Notes: a model not told the origin generated them from the letters alone. 64,000 nt of DNA from an uncultured virus (IMG/VR IMGVR_UViG_3300031963_000086) (IMGVR_UViG_3300031963_000086); one strand, 5' to 3'. Positions 1 through 8,895 are shown, numbered from the stretch's first letter. Translations and numbers: made by a program.

Positions 1-33
1 CGGTCGCGGGTCGGTCGCGGGTCGGTCGCGGGT
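1..33 (+). repeat. 11-bp GC-rich tandem repeat (CGGTCGCGGGT x3), possibly continuing beyond the window edge
   Basis: Three exact copies read directly from position 1. Confidence 0.9.
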
Positions 34-125
34 GGGTGGCTCGTAACAAAAAGTAGTGAGGATTTGTTACGAAAGTCATTCGCGAGTTGTGGTGGGAAAT
101 GTGAATGCCGAGATTGTACCCCAAT

Positions 126-150
126 AAAAAACCCCGCACTATGGCGGGGT
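126..150 (-). terminator. Intrinsic terminator downstream of the DUF932 gene
   Basis: ACCCCGC/GCGGGGT stem with an A-run on + (U-tract on -), just past the stop at 158. Confidence 0.75.
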
Positions 151-157
151 GGGGTGA

Positions 158-946
158 TTAGATATATTGATAGGCGAGTTTGAATAACTTTTCGTTCAAC
201 TCAATGTCCTTTTTGAAATTCTTGATTGGCCTTGCCTTACGCACTCTTGATGAGTTGGGTCTTTTGGCGTAAAAATCCCCGTGTACCAATTTCTCTTGAA
301 TAGTGTTCAACACCGACCATAGGTCATTCCCGTTGTCTTCTAGACGCTTGGGGACTAACAATTGGTGTGCATCCACTACCGACTTCCCATTTTCGTAACG
401 AATACCTATCGCCTCCATAGCGAATTGGACTTTTTGCTCTTCAGTCAAGGTTACTTGGGTGAACTTGTTAAGGGTTTCTATCACTTGGGGCATACGCTTT
501 ACAAAATCCATAGTGATGGCTTGCACTTTCTCAAAGGAATACCCCTTGTGGCGCACGGACACCGACCCAAACTCTTCGGTACATATCACAAGACCATTTG
601 AGCATACTAAACGGAATATACCCGCTCTAAATTGAAATGATGACAACCCATCGTGTGAGTTGATGATTAGGAGTTGGGGACATACGTCATCACCATTCTT
701 ACTACGAATCATAAGATTGGGGTTACGGAAAGTCACCAAATGCTTTACATAGGGTACATTGTCGTTGTTGCGACACCTTACTTGCTTCGCGTCTACTACA
801 TCCCAACCAAGGGCCTTCATATCATCTATGAGAACGCTTGTGGGGACATGAATGTACTTTTCGGACAATTGGGGCTTAGAGGTCATTTGCATTACGCTTG
901 GGGCTACTCTAACGATTTCTTCGGTGGTCATAGGGGTGGTTTTCAT
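158..946 (-). CDS. DUF932/DUF945-family protein (early gene of phages and plasmids)
   Basis: Motifs APSV..SEKY..VPT, HLVTFR, LLIINSHDGLSSFQFRAGIFRLVCSNGLV; start set at ATG 946 after an A-rich leader. Confidence 0.85.
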   Translation of the reverse strand: MKTTPMTTEEIVRVAPSVMQMTSKPQLSEKYIHVPTSVLIDDMKALGWDVVDAKQVRCRNNDNVPYVKHLVTFRNPNLMIRSKNGDDVCPQLLIINSHDGLSSFQFRAGIFRLVCSNGLVICTEEFGSVSVRHKGYSFEKVQAITMDFVKRMPQVIETLNKFTQVTLTEEQKVQFAMEAIGIRYENGKSVVDAHQLLVPKRLEDNGNDLWSVLNTIQEKLVHGDFYAKRPNSSRVRKARPIKNFKKDIELNEKLFKLAYQYI

Positions 947-1062
947 TGTGTGTTTTATTTGACAACACGAACCTACAACCACTCACAACAAAATAAAAGT
1001 GGAAGTTTGTAAACGACCACTTTCTTTGGTAAACGAGTTTTACCTACGGAAATAACAATTGA

Positions 1063-1728
1063 TTAATAAACTTTGTATAAATTGAACAATTCCGTTTCTA
1101 CCGAATTAGATGTAGATGCACTACCCCATTGTAAGGTTATTTCCAAAGTGTTTGATATGGTAGTGTCAAAAGTGGTTGAGTTGGCAAAAAAGAAACTAAA
1201 AGTTTCGGCAAGATTATTTGAGTTTTTGTTATAGTTAAACCGCCCCGATGTTGCCACACTTGCAACTCCCGCTACACCAATGTTGCGAATGGTAAAATCA
1301 ATTTCCATATCCCATATTTTATTTGTGGTGGTCACTAAACTAATTATGCCCGTATCTAGCAAAGTAATACCACTTGACTTAATAAAAATTTCTATTGTCG
1401 CGTTGTTTAAAGACGATATAATACCCGAAAACTTTGCAACAAACGAATCTCCTATTTGAAAGCCATTTGCGGGAACGGACAAAGACCCCACGCCCCCATT
1501 AATGAGTGATGTGGGTGTAGTTGTATTTGTTATTGGTGTAGATTGTGACGTTTGAGAATAAAGCCCTCCCGATGAGGTTGTTGAAAATATATAATTGCTT
1601 ATTGGCTCAATAAACCCGTTGGTATCTTTCCATTTTGGTATGCCATCGGTGACATCTATAAAGGTACTTACACCATTAGCAAAAGGCACTTCTATGTCCG
1701 TGCGACTTGATTTGGTTATTTGGCTCAT
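1063..1728 (-). CDS. Putative virion spike/fibre protein, S/T/G- and beta-rich
   Basis: First ~47 aa align with the N-terminus of the 812-aa fibre at 21947-24385. Confidence 0.6.
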   Translation of the reverse strand: MSQITKSSRTDIEVPFANGVSTFIDVTDGIPKWKDTNGFIEPISNYIFSTTSSGGLYSQTSQSTPITNTTTPTSLINGGVGSLSVPANGFQIGDSFVAKFSGIISSLNNATIEIFIKSSGITLLDTGIISLVTTTNKIWDMEIDFTIRNIGVAGVASVATSGRFNYNKNSNNLAETFSFFFANSTTFDTTISNTLEITLQWGSASTSNSVETELFNLYKVY

Positions 1729-1832
1729 TTATAAGCAAATATAATCATCAATGCCGTATATATAAAATGCGGACAACCGCCCCAAAAACCACCTTTAACG
1801 CCCCCTCCATTTTTGGAAAAATTCATGCACTC

Positions 1833-1984
1833 ACCGAACGATGTAGTGAACGATTTAGTGAACGACCTACCGAATGATGTACCGAACGATAAGCCCAATG
1901 GAATCAATGTTTTTTGCCACTTTCACCGAACGATGTAGTGAACGACCTACCGAACGACCTACCGAACGATGTAGTGAACGCTAT
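1833..1984 (+). repeat. Two arrays of five degenerate 12-bp tandem repeats, consensus A(CC/GT)GAACGA(T/C)nT
   Basis: 1833-1892: accgaacgatgt agtgaacgattt agtgaacgacct accgaatgatgt accgaacgataa; 1925-1984: accgaacgatgt agtgaacgacct accgaacgacct accgaacgatgt agtgaacgctat. Confidence 0.9.
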
Positions 1985-2376
1985 CGCACCACTCTCACCA
2001 CGTCTTCTCGCACATACTTTCTTTGACCACTTGTCAAACCCCCTAGGCCATCCCCAAGTTGGATTAAATACCACTTGTAGTATTTACGACCTTTGCTATC
2101 GGATTTAGCAAGTTGTTGAATTGAATCATTGACTTGCTCAACGCTCTTTTTAAGAATTGGGTCTTGAGTTACACCAACCAACCTATTATTGACATTGCCC
2201 ATATCCGCAATTTTTTTGTCTTCGGCTAACCAATAGTCATCTACTACTTGAATGACTTTGCCCAAATATTTATTTTTTCCGTAAACGCGGATATATATGT
2301 TATTGATAAAGAAACCATTGTTGACCCAATTGTTGTTGCGAATATTGGTGGTTTCATTGATAGAGTAAACTTTCAT
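1981..2376 (-). CDS. Hypothetical protein (131 aa)
   Basis: ORF with a TATCTTTG box at 2381-2388 just upstream. Confidence 0.6.
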   Translation of the reverse strand: MKVYSINETTNIRNNNWVNNGFFINNIYIRVYGKNKYLGKVIQVVDDYWLAEDKKIADMGNVNNRLVGVTQDPILKKSVEQVNDSIQQLAKSDSKGRKYYKWYLIQLGDGLGGLTSGQRKYVREDVVRVVR

Positions 2377-2387
2377 AATTCAAAGAT

Positions 2388-2456
2388 AAAAAAAAAGGGC
2401 TTGTCTTCACACAAGCCCCCTTCTTGGTTGGTATTGAGCGACCAACCATAGTGATG
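2388..2456 (-). ncRNA. Candidate small RNA (~70 nt, two hairpins)
   Basis: TATATTTG box at 2462-2469 (-), hairpin 2425-2448, terminator hairpin 2397-2418 plus U-run; no ORF inside. Confidence 0.45.
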
Positions 2457-2597
2457 AGGTGCAAATATATCAAATTGCCCGCCAAAACCATAAATCGAGT
2501 AAAATTTTGTTATTCACTAAATAAAACCGCACATTTGCTAAAAAACGATTGTGTATCAATGATATATAACATTATTTTGTTTCGTAAAACAAACACT

Positions 2598-2957
2598 ATG
2601 GACACCGATAGAATTGCCAAAGAGATTAGCGAAGAACTCGTTCGCATTTGGAATGAATTTGAGAACAACGAAGATTTTTATGATTGCACCAAAGATGGTG
2701 TGGTTTTTGATTTCTTTAAATGTACGGAAAGACGCGTAGCGACTCTTGGTAGTTCGGTTATGTATTCTTTTAAAACGGCCGAAAAGAAAATCTATAAATT
2801 AGTATTACTTGACGCTTTCTCACAAGCATTGCTATCCATTCACGATACCGCCAAGGATTTAAAATCAACAATGGAAGACGAACAAATCGCTATCCACGTT
2901 GCGGGTCTTCGCACCCTACGGGAAATTGCTTTGCAACTTTCCGAGTCGTTAGATTAA
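2598..2957 (+). CDS. Hypothetical protein (MDTDRIAK...)
   Basis: ORF with an A-rich leader (aaaacaaacactATG). Confidence 0.6.
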   Translation: MDTDRIAKEISEELVRIWNEFENNEDFYDCTKDGVVFDFFKCTERRVATLGSSVMYSFKTAEKKIYKLVLLDAFSQALLSIHDTAKDLKSTMEDEQIAIHVAGLRTLREIALQLSESLD

Positions 2958-3143
2958 TCAATCCTCGTTCACCTTTTTAACCCGTGCCTTTTTGGTTGCG
3001 GGTTTTTTTGTGACTTTGGGGGTTTTTTCCTCTTCAATAGGCAATTCGGGCATTTTTACACCCAACTTCTTACCCAAGGTGGCCCATAGTTGCTTCAAGA
3101 TAGCAACGACTTGCTTTGATTGTAAAAGTTTTTTAATATCCAT
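2958..3143 (-). CDS. Small Lys-rich hypothetical protein
   Basis: 61-aa ORF closing the 5068->2958 minus-strand operon. Confidence 0.55.
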   Translation of the reverse strand: MDIKKLLQSKQVVAILKQLWATLGKKLGVKMPELPIEEEKTPKVTKKPATKKARVKKVNED

Positions 3144-3144
3144 G

Positions 3145-3816
3145 TTAACTATTTCTTTGTTTGCGTAGTGCCTCTTGTACCGCTTCGGAACTCACACTTG
3201 CCTTATCACTTTTGTAATACGATTGGTTGTATGCACGGCCATTGGTTGCATAAGGAATCCCTACACTTGACCAAATCTTCGCCACGTCCAAACTTGCCCG
3301 CTTTAAATTGGCTTCGTTATCTTCAATCTCTTTGTTAAGATACTTACGCAATATGGTTTTCTCATCAATGAGTGCATCCGCAATCGCTTGTTGGTTGCGT
3401 TCATCGTACATAGAATCTAGGTTCAATTTTGCTTTGCCATAAATGCCGAGTAAAGTGCTAGGAATCACTTGAAAATGCCCCGTAGCCCACAATTGGCCTT
3501 TACCCGACCTTGACATACTTTGATAGCCCATCACTTCGCCAATCGTCATGTCCGTTAATAATTTGGACGAGAATGGCAACGTGTCTTTGGCGTTAATTTT
3601 GGACTTCAAACCCGCACTTGTGTAGTAGTTGTAGTCATTAAATGTTTTGGCTTCACCCCTCAACACTATATCCCAAATCAATGGGTATTTGGTGTACCTC
3701 CATTTGCGGTTCATCCCGCGGAAACTAATAAGAGGAAAACCCGCAAGGTTTGCCCCAACCACGACTCCAAGCCCCAACACCGCAAAGGTGATTATCTTTT
3801 TATTTTGAGCGTTCAT
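3145..3816 (-). CDS. Membrane-anchored lysozyme-fold muramidase/transglycosylase (lambda-R/GH104-like)
   Basis: N-terminal TM; GE, LTDMTIGEV, ATGHFQVIPSTL, YDERNQQAIA, WSS motifs. Confidence 0.7.
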   Translation of the reverse strand: MNAQNKKIITFAVLGLGVVVGANLAGFPLISFRGMNRKWRYTKYPLIWDIVLRGEAKTFNDYNYYTSAGLKSKINAKDTLPFSSKLLTDMTIGEVMGYQSMSRSGKGQLWATGHFQVIPSTLLGIYGKAKLNLDSMYDERNQQAIADALIDEKTILRKYLNKEIEDNEANLKRASLDVAKIWSSVGIPYATNGRAYNQSYYKSDKASVSSEAVQEALRKQRNS

Positions 3817-4430
3817 ATAAATACCTTTTTTGCTACATAATTGGCAAATAGCGTTTGGCTTGACTTGGGTAAATGAAAACCATCCCCACCTACGCTTTTA
3901 GCCGTTACGTCTTCCCAACGCGGTACAACCACCGCATTTTGAATGTCCTTACTAATTAAATCTTGAATGCGCATATACTTCGCAATACCACCATAGTAAT
4001 TATCCGTTACATTTGGCTTCACCGCCTTGTCGTAATTGAATCCCGCAAGGACAATTGCTTTACCGCCTTTGTCACGAACCATGTCCACCATAGTTTGAAT
4101 GTTTTTAATCGTGTCCGCCTCTTTGGTTTGTCCGAAAGCATCGTTAGCCCCACCATAAATCAATACGATGTCGGCCGTTTTGCCATCCGCATAAAACTTC
4201 TTTAGGGTTTCTACCATCCAAGGAGTTGACTTGCCCGTAACGGCAAGGTTTTCCAATTGAAAATTGTACTTTGATGAAAGCGTGTCTTGCCATCCCCAAC
4301 CCTTACCCGCGGAATGAGAATCGCCAATAACGGCAACTCTCCTACCCTTCGGATTGATTTTGGTAAGCGTAGTAGCAAGGTAAATGCCGACTACTACACC
4401 AAGGGCGATGAACACGTTTCTTAAATCCAT
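3813..4430 (-). CDS. SGNH/GDSL esterase with N-terminal TM anchor
   Basis: Blocks GDSHS, AVTG, GGAND, DGFH. Confidence 0.85.
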   Translation of the reverse strand: MDLRNVFIALGVVVGIYLATTLTKINPKGRRVAVIGDSHSAGKGWGWQDTLSSKYNFQLENLAVTGKSTPWMVETLKKFYADGKTADIVLIYGGANDAFGQTKEADTIKNIQTMVDMVRDKGGKAIVLAGFNYDKAVKPNVTDNYYGGIAKYMRIQDLISKDIQNAVVVPRWEDVTAKSVGGDGFHLPKSSQTLFANYVAKKVFI

Positions 4431-5068
4431 TTGAGTTTTTGGAATATGTTGTTGGCGATGGCTTTGTTACCCACGGGATTCAAGTGGCACAACGGGTCAT
4501 TCTTTTGACAAAAGGTTTTGCGATTCGTTTGTAGCGTAGCCAAATCTTGAGGGCAACCACCCGTGAGTGTACGGGTAGGTACTACATAGTTTGCACCCGT
4601 GCGAAAAATGTCTTTGTACAAGATACTCGTTTGGGCTTCGTTCGCTTTGTTGCGGACACTCTCACCACGCAATGAATCGCAATGAAGGTTTACGACAATC
4701 GCCTTTCGTTGTTTGCCCAAACTTCCCAACCCGCCTTTGACTTTAGTGACCATCGCTTTGATATTATTGAATGCCGATACTCTAGCGGTTTCGGGCGGTA
4801 AACCCCCGTACATATCATTGTACCCACCCCATATAACCACATAGTCATACTTGGGATTAACGGCCAATTCTTTATTGAGTTCGGTAAGCATCCAAGTTGT
4901 TGGTGCGCCATTCTTTTGAATGATTTTGTAGTTGGTGAACCCAACCAAGTTTTTCAATTGATTGACATAGTTAGTCGCCATTGTGTTGGTTTGTGAGTCC
5001 CCCACGAATAACCACCGCCCGTTACTTGGCTTCAATGGGTCGTTTAATAGATTTGCAAAAAATCCCAT
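4421..5068 (-). CDS. SGNH/GDSL esterase
   Basis: Blocks GDSQT, NGA, GGYND, DPLCHLN. Confidence 0.8.
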   Translation of the reverse strand: MGFFANLLNDPLKPSNGRWLFVGDSQTNTMATNYVNQLKNLVGFTNYKIIQKNGAPTTWMLTELNKELAVNPKYDYVVIWGGYNDMYGGLPPETARVSAFNNIKAMVTKVKGGLGSLGKQRKAIVVNLHCDSLRGESVRNKANEAQTSILYKDIFRTGANYVVPTRTLTGGCPQDLATLQTNRKTFCQKNDPLCHLNPVGNKAIANNIFQKLKWI

Positions 5069-5162
5069 AAAGCAAATTTAATCATTTTATGTGATGAATA
5101 TTAACTTCAAAATCCGTTGCAAGATTGGTGAATTAGAAACCAAAATACAATATATTTGCCGT

Positions 5163-5230
5163 CCATCGATTTAGGGAGGCGGTATCTTGTAAACATTGCG
5201 CCATTTGTTCTTGGCCTCCCTTTATCTTTT
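5163..5230 (+). ncRNA. Candidate small RNA
   Basis: TATATTTG box 5151-5158; AGGGAGGC (5173-5180) pairs with GCCTCCCT (5214-5221), followed by a U-rich tail; no ORF. Confidence 0.4.
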
Positions 5231-5255
5231 CCAAAAATCTTCTTAAACCAAAAAC

Positions 5256-5318
5256 AAAAAGAGGGACAATTGCCCCTCCTTATTGCGTTTTCAAACGAAG
5301 CCCTCCCTAATGACTTAT
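5256..5318 (-). ncRNA. Candidate small RNA, convergent with 5163-5230
   Basis: TATATTTG box 5324-5331 (-); terminator hairpin 5261-5278 plus U-run. Confidence 0.4.
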
Positions 5319-5514
5319 GGGTGCAAATATAATGGGTTCTTTGTATTTATTGCTTAAAATCGTGTCAATTAGTTTCACATAGTTCTATTTTGTGTCACCG
5401 CAATTGACAACCAAATTCAAGTTGGTCGTCAACTCTAAATGAATTTTTCCCAATGTTTACAAGGGGTGACGCGGTGTTTTTGAAAATAATTTTTTGAAAC
5501 TAAAAAATGTAAAT

Positions 5515-5522
5515 TACTTTTG
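5515..5522 (+). promoter_or_regulatory. Bacteroidota-type -7 promoter element (TACTTTTG)
   Basis: Matches TAnnTTTG, 10 nt before ATG 5533. Confidence 0.6.
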
Positions 5523-5532
5523 CCCTCCCCCT

Positions 5533-6543
5533 ATGGCTAAAAAGAAACCAACACCCAAAAGACCATCCGTACCAAAGGTAGAAAATGCGGAAAGAAAGCG
5601 ACAATATGCCACAAAGTTGCTTGAAAAACTTGTACGACACACGACAAGAGAACTCAAAAAGCAAAAGTTATATGTTGACGACAAGCGAACGATGGAGTTC
5701 GTTAAACTTGAGGTATTGCCCGTTTTTCGCGGATTAAACCCAAGGGACGTTAAGGTAAAAGACATTCGGGAACTCGTAGCCGACTTGCTCAAGACCACCC
5801 CCACCATTCAATATTACAATCCGTTATTTATCCCTATCGGTGACATCACGGGGATTATGTGGGCCGACCTAGATGACTATTTGGATGTGGACTTACGGGC
5901 TATTGTAGACAACCAACCACTACGGGTAGATATTAACGCGGGTGTTTATGGCTCTACGGGTGTTTTCAACCTACAAGATTACCAATACGAAGCGACCCAA
6001 GTAAACGAAATTTACGAAGGGATTCGGGAGGTTGTTGACAACGACTCCAACGCGGAATGGAACGGCCGTGTGATGGTGAGAAAAGGTTTCCAAGACGATG
6101 GTAATGCCGAGAGTTATTTTTTGCAATTCGTTCTTAACGCGGGTGGTCAAGAGATTGAGCCAACCGAAACCTTTGAGGAAAGTATTGGTGTAGAAATCCC
6201 CAAAGAAACCCAAGAGCAAAGAAGGGCGCGATTGAAAGGCGTTATTGCCCGTAAAAAGGAGTTGGCGCAAGAGAGGCGCAAGAAGCAAAAGGAGAAATCC
6301 ATGCGCCTACGCGAACGGCCGAAGACCAAAGAAGCCCCCGCCACCGAGGTAAAAAGCGAAGCACTCCAACGTCAAGAGAACGTGAAGGAAATTATGGCCA
6401 CGCAACAAAAACTTATTGATGATGCGGAAAGGTTCTTTGATAAGGGTATTTACGATAAAAAGGAGTTCAAGGCCCGTATGAAAGAAATTACCGAGCAAAC
6501 CAACCTCGCTTTGAGTAAGTTCAAACGCGGTGGAGAAATCTAA
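5533..6543 (+). CDS. Hypothetical protein with a basic N-terminus and coiled-coil C-terminus, ending KFKRGGEI
   Basis: Long ORF; start at MAKKK after the promoter box. Confidence 0.7.
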   Translation: MAKKKPTPKRPSVPKVENAERKRQYATKLLEKLVRHTTRELKKQKLYVDDKRTMEFVKLEVLPVFRGLNPRDVKVKDIRELVADLLKTTPTIQYYNPLFIPIGDITGIMWADLDDYLDVDLRAIVDNQPLRVDINAGVYGSTGVFNLQDYQYEATQVNEIYEGIREVVDNDSNAEWNGRVMVRKGFQDDGNAESYFLQFVLNAGGQEIEPTETFEESIGVEIPKETQEQRRARLKGVIARKKELAQERRKKQKEKSMRLRERPKTKEAPATEVKSEALQRQENVKEIMATQQKLIDDAERFFDKGIYDKKEFKARMKEITEQTNLALSKFKRGGEI

Positions 6544-6551
6544 AATTCCAC

Positions 6552-6581
6552 TTGACAACCTACTTTAATATGTTATCTTTG
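6552..6581 (+). promoter_or_regulatory. Bacteroidota-type promoter (TTG ... TATCTTTG)
   Basis: TTGAC at 6552 and TATCTTTG at 6574-6581, upstream of ATG 6595. Confidence 0.7.
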
Positions 6582-6594
6582 AAAATAATTAGAG

Positions 6595-7365
6595 ATGACA
6601 AAGAAGAATCAAACACTTGAGGTCGTAACCCAAATTTTCAAAAAGAACGCTAACCCTTTGGTGTTGGTTGAAAAGTTAAAGAAAGCCAAAAAGGACTTTT
6701 ATTTTCGTAAGACCAACTACATGATAAGCGTAATTAGCGATGGTGTGGAGTATGTCTACAAATCCCGTGTTAAGACCGAATTGAACTTCCCTCCTAACCA
6801 ACTATGGATATTCAATGCGGTGAAGCGCGACACACTAGCCTTTTTGTCAAAAGACCCCAAACTTGAGTTACCTCAAAAGTTGCCCGTTAATGTAACTAAC
6901 TACGAATATGACGATAGTTATGGGATGGTAACGGGTACGGATGTCAATAGTGCCTATTGGGTTATTGCCTACAACCTTGGTATTATCACGCCATCACTCT
7001 ACGATAAGTGTAATGACCCCAAGTATAAAGTTGTGCGCCTTGCGTCACTCGCGGTTTTGGGTAGGAATTTTATCTATGAAAGTTATAAGGGCGGAGAAAA
7101 ATCCACCAACCTAATCATAGAAAGCGAAGATGCCCGCCTAAAAACCATTTACCGATGGATTCGCTACAAGTGTTACGAGATGATGGGGGAGTTGGCTATT
7201 TTGTTGGGAAATGACTTTGAAGCCTACCGCACCGATTGTATCTATTACCGCGATACCACGGAGAACCGCGTTAAGGTTTATGAGTATTTGAACGCACGGG
7301 GGTTTGAATACAAACAATTAGTGTACGATGACAAAGAAAATTCCGAAAACGATGCGGATTTGTAA
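6595..7365 (+). CDS. Compact family-B DNA polymerase-like palm protein, no exonuclease domain seen
   Basis: Motif A-like TDVNSAYW, motif B-like KVVRLASLAVLG, motif C-like YRTDCIYY in 256 aa. Confidence 0.55.
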   Translation: MTKKNQTLEVVTQIFKKNANPLVLVEKLKKAKKDFYFRKTNYMISVISDGVEYVYKSRVKTELNFPPNQLWIFNAVKRDTLAFLSKDPKLELPQKLPVNVTNYEYDDSYGMVTGTDVNSAYWVIAYNLGIITPSLYDKCNDPKYKVVRLASLAVLGRNFIYESYKGGEKSTNLIIESEDARLKTIYRWIRYKCYEMMGELAILLGNDFEAYRTDCIYYRDTTENRVKVYEYLNARGFEYKQLVYDDKENSENDADL

Positions 7366-7401
7366 AATAGTTGTATATTTGAATTGTTATTTTCAAAGAT
7401 A

Positions 7402-7821
7402 ATGGAACGCAATAGAAAAACTTTTGAACTCACCCCTTTCCCCCACGATAAATTCGTAGAGGCGGAAATTTTGTCCGCCATGAGCGAAGACGATAAAGCA
7501 TCATTTTTGTCCGATAACCGAGAGATATTTGAAGGGGGCAAAGAATTGTTGGTCAATGGCTATTACTACGGGATGATTTCTTTTATCGAAGGTGGTGAAG
7601 CATTCACACTTTTAACCCCTTTCCGCGCGTTTGTACCCAAGTACCCCAAAAAGAATTTTGGGTTTGGTGCTTACGACCATTCTATTAACCAACTCTTTAT
7701 GTTTTTTAACGGGGTGGCCACTACGGATAGTCGCTCTACGGCTATCCAAGTTTACAATTCATTGGTGCGCTATTGCCAAACCACGCACCCCGACCTAGAA
7801 CCATTCACAATCAAAATGTAA
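7402..7821 (+). CDS. Hypothetical protein
   Basis: ORF after a TATATTTG box at 7374-7381. Confidence 0.65.
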   Translation: MERNRKTFELTPFPHDKFVEAEILSAMSEDDKASFLSDNREIFEGGKELLVNGYYYGMISFIEGGEAFTLLTPFRAFVPKYPKKNFGFGAYDHSINQLFMFFNGVATTDSRSTAIQVYNSLVRYCQTTHPDLEPFTIKM

Positions 7822-7823
7822 CT

Positions 7824-8036
7824 ATGAAAAATATAACCTCCCTAATTGCCCGCTTTTTTAAGCAATCCGAAATTGAAATTCAAGAAGCCCCGCGCTTTGA
7901 AGATTGGTTTAACCAAATGTTCCCCAAGGACAATTACAATCCCGCAATGGATGAGTTTGGGAAAACGATGTTGGAGTTCAAACAAGACCAAAAACGTCAA
8001 CTCACTCAAAGAAATGGTCATTCACAAAGTTATTGA
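7824..8036 (+). CDS. Hypothetical protein (MKNITSL...)
   Basis: ATG 2 nt after the previous stop. Confidence 0.55.
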   Translation: MKNITSLIARFFKQSEIEIQEAPRFEDWFNQMFPKDNYNPAMDEFGKTMLEFKQDQKRQLTQRNGHSQSY

Positions 8037-8103
8037 TTTATTTTCTTGTTATTCTCAAAAATAACTTTACCTTTGAATCGTGTTAGAAAACAAAACAAAC
8101 GAT

Positions 8104-8523
8104 ATGAGTTCCACCCTAAAGGTGAAGGCCATCAAGATTGATGTTGCCTCACAAGAGATTTACGAGGTAGAGGTCGCCCAACAAGGACTTCAAGGTGTTT
8201 ATGACGCAATTGGTAATGGTTGCGAATTGGTTGAGGTTGCAATGAATTTTGCACCCCCAAGAAACCAACGATTCGGTGACTCCATGTGGGTTGACGAAGA
8301 GGCCCTCTTTAAAGGGGACAACATTGTTGGTGGTTTCATGGTTGGTAACACCCCCCACACCTTTTGTAACAACGCCCTCATTCTTGGGAATGTTGACAAC
8401 GGAGATGGTCAAGAAAAGACCAATTACACTTTACCGATTGAGTTGCTCAAGCAACACATCAAGTTTGTCGGTAAGGAGTTTTTTGAAAACTACGAACCTA
8501 CCATCGAGGTTACAAGTTGGTAG
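8104..8523 (+). CDS. DUF3846-like protein
   Basis: KAIKID..EIYEVE..LQGVYDAIG..VEV, MWVDEEAL, NALILG; TACCTTTG box at 8068-8075. Confidence 0.65.
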   Translation: MSSTLKVKAIKIDVASQEIYEVEVAQQGLQGVYDAIGNGCELVEVAMNFAPPRNQRFGDSMWVDEEALFKGDNIVGGFMVGNTPHTFCNNALILGNVDNGDGQEKTNYTLPIELLKQHIKFVGKEFFENYEPTIEVTSW

Positions 8524-8533
8524 TTTTTAAGTT

Positions 8534-8572
8534 AAAAATAGGGGGTGGGGTGGCTCTCCCACCCCCTTATTT
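8534..8572. terminator. Bidirectional intrinsic terminator
   Basis: AGGGGGTGGG/CCCACCCCCT stem (8540-8567) flanked by an A-run and a T-rich run. Confidence 0.75.
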
Positions 8573-8598
8573 ATTGACAACACGAACATTACGAACGC
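8534..8598 (-). ncRNA. Candidate small RNA, oriented opposite to the flanking genes
   Basis: TAAATTTG box at 8605-8612 (-), ends in the 8540-8567 hairpin; shares GTTCGTGTTGTCAA with the DUF932 leader. Confidence 0.4.
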
Positions 8599-8652
8599 AT
8601 TATTCAAATTTACCATTATCACCAACACGGAGATTGCCTAAAATACTATCAA

Positions 8653-8895
8653 ATGAAACGATACCGCTACTATTTTAACGATATGGATAAGCCGATAAGT
8701 ATTGAAGCGACCAACAAAATATCGGCTCGTGCAAAACTTGAAGATATTTGTAACGACCCCGCCTACATGGAACGGGGCTACAAGATTATGAATATTCGCT
8801 TGGAAACTACGGAAACCCTTGTAGTGGGGGTGTCCGAAAAAATCATAAACAATAAAAAAACGATTTGGAATGGAAACCAATGGATTGAAGGTTAG
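8653..8895 (+). CDS. Hypothetical protein
   Basis: 80-aa ORF overlapping the next gene. Confidence 0.55.
   Translation: MKRYRYYFNDMDKPISIEATNKISARAKLEDICNDPAYMERGYKIMNIRLETTETLVVGVSEKIINNKKTIWNGNQWIEG

Noticed and set aside
1833..1984. CRISPR array
   Set aside because: The 12-bp units are head-to-tail with no unique spacers; the Cas4-like gene sits with RecT, not with cas1/cas2
1725..2108. ORFs 1725-1907(-) and 1914-2108(+)
   Set aside because: They are translations of the 12-bp repeats with weak starts and low-complexity products
5494..5532. Upstream TTG start of the 349-aa ORF (and similar extensions at 982, 2424, 7384, 8080, 30277, 38348, 41137, 43215, 63747)
   Set aside because: The extensions run through promoter boxes or neighbouring genes; downstream ATGs have A-rich leaders or stop-start coupling
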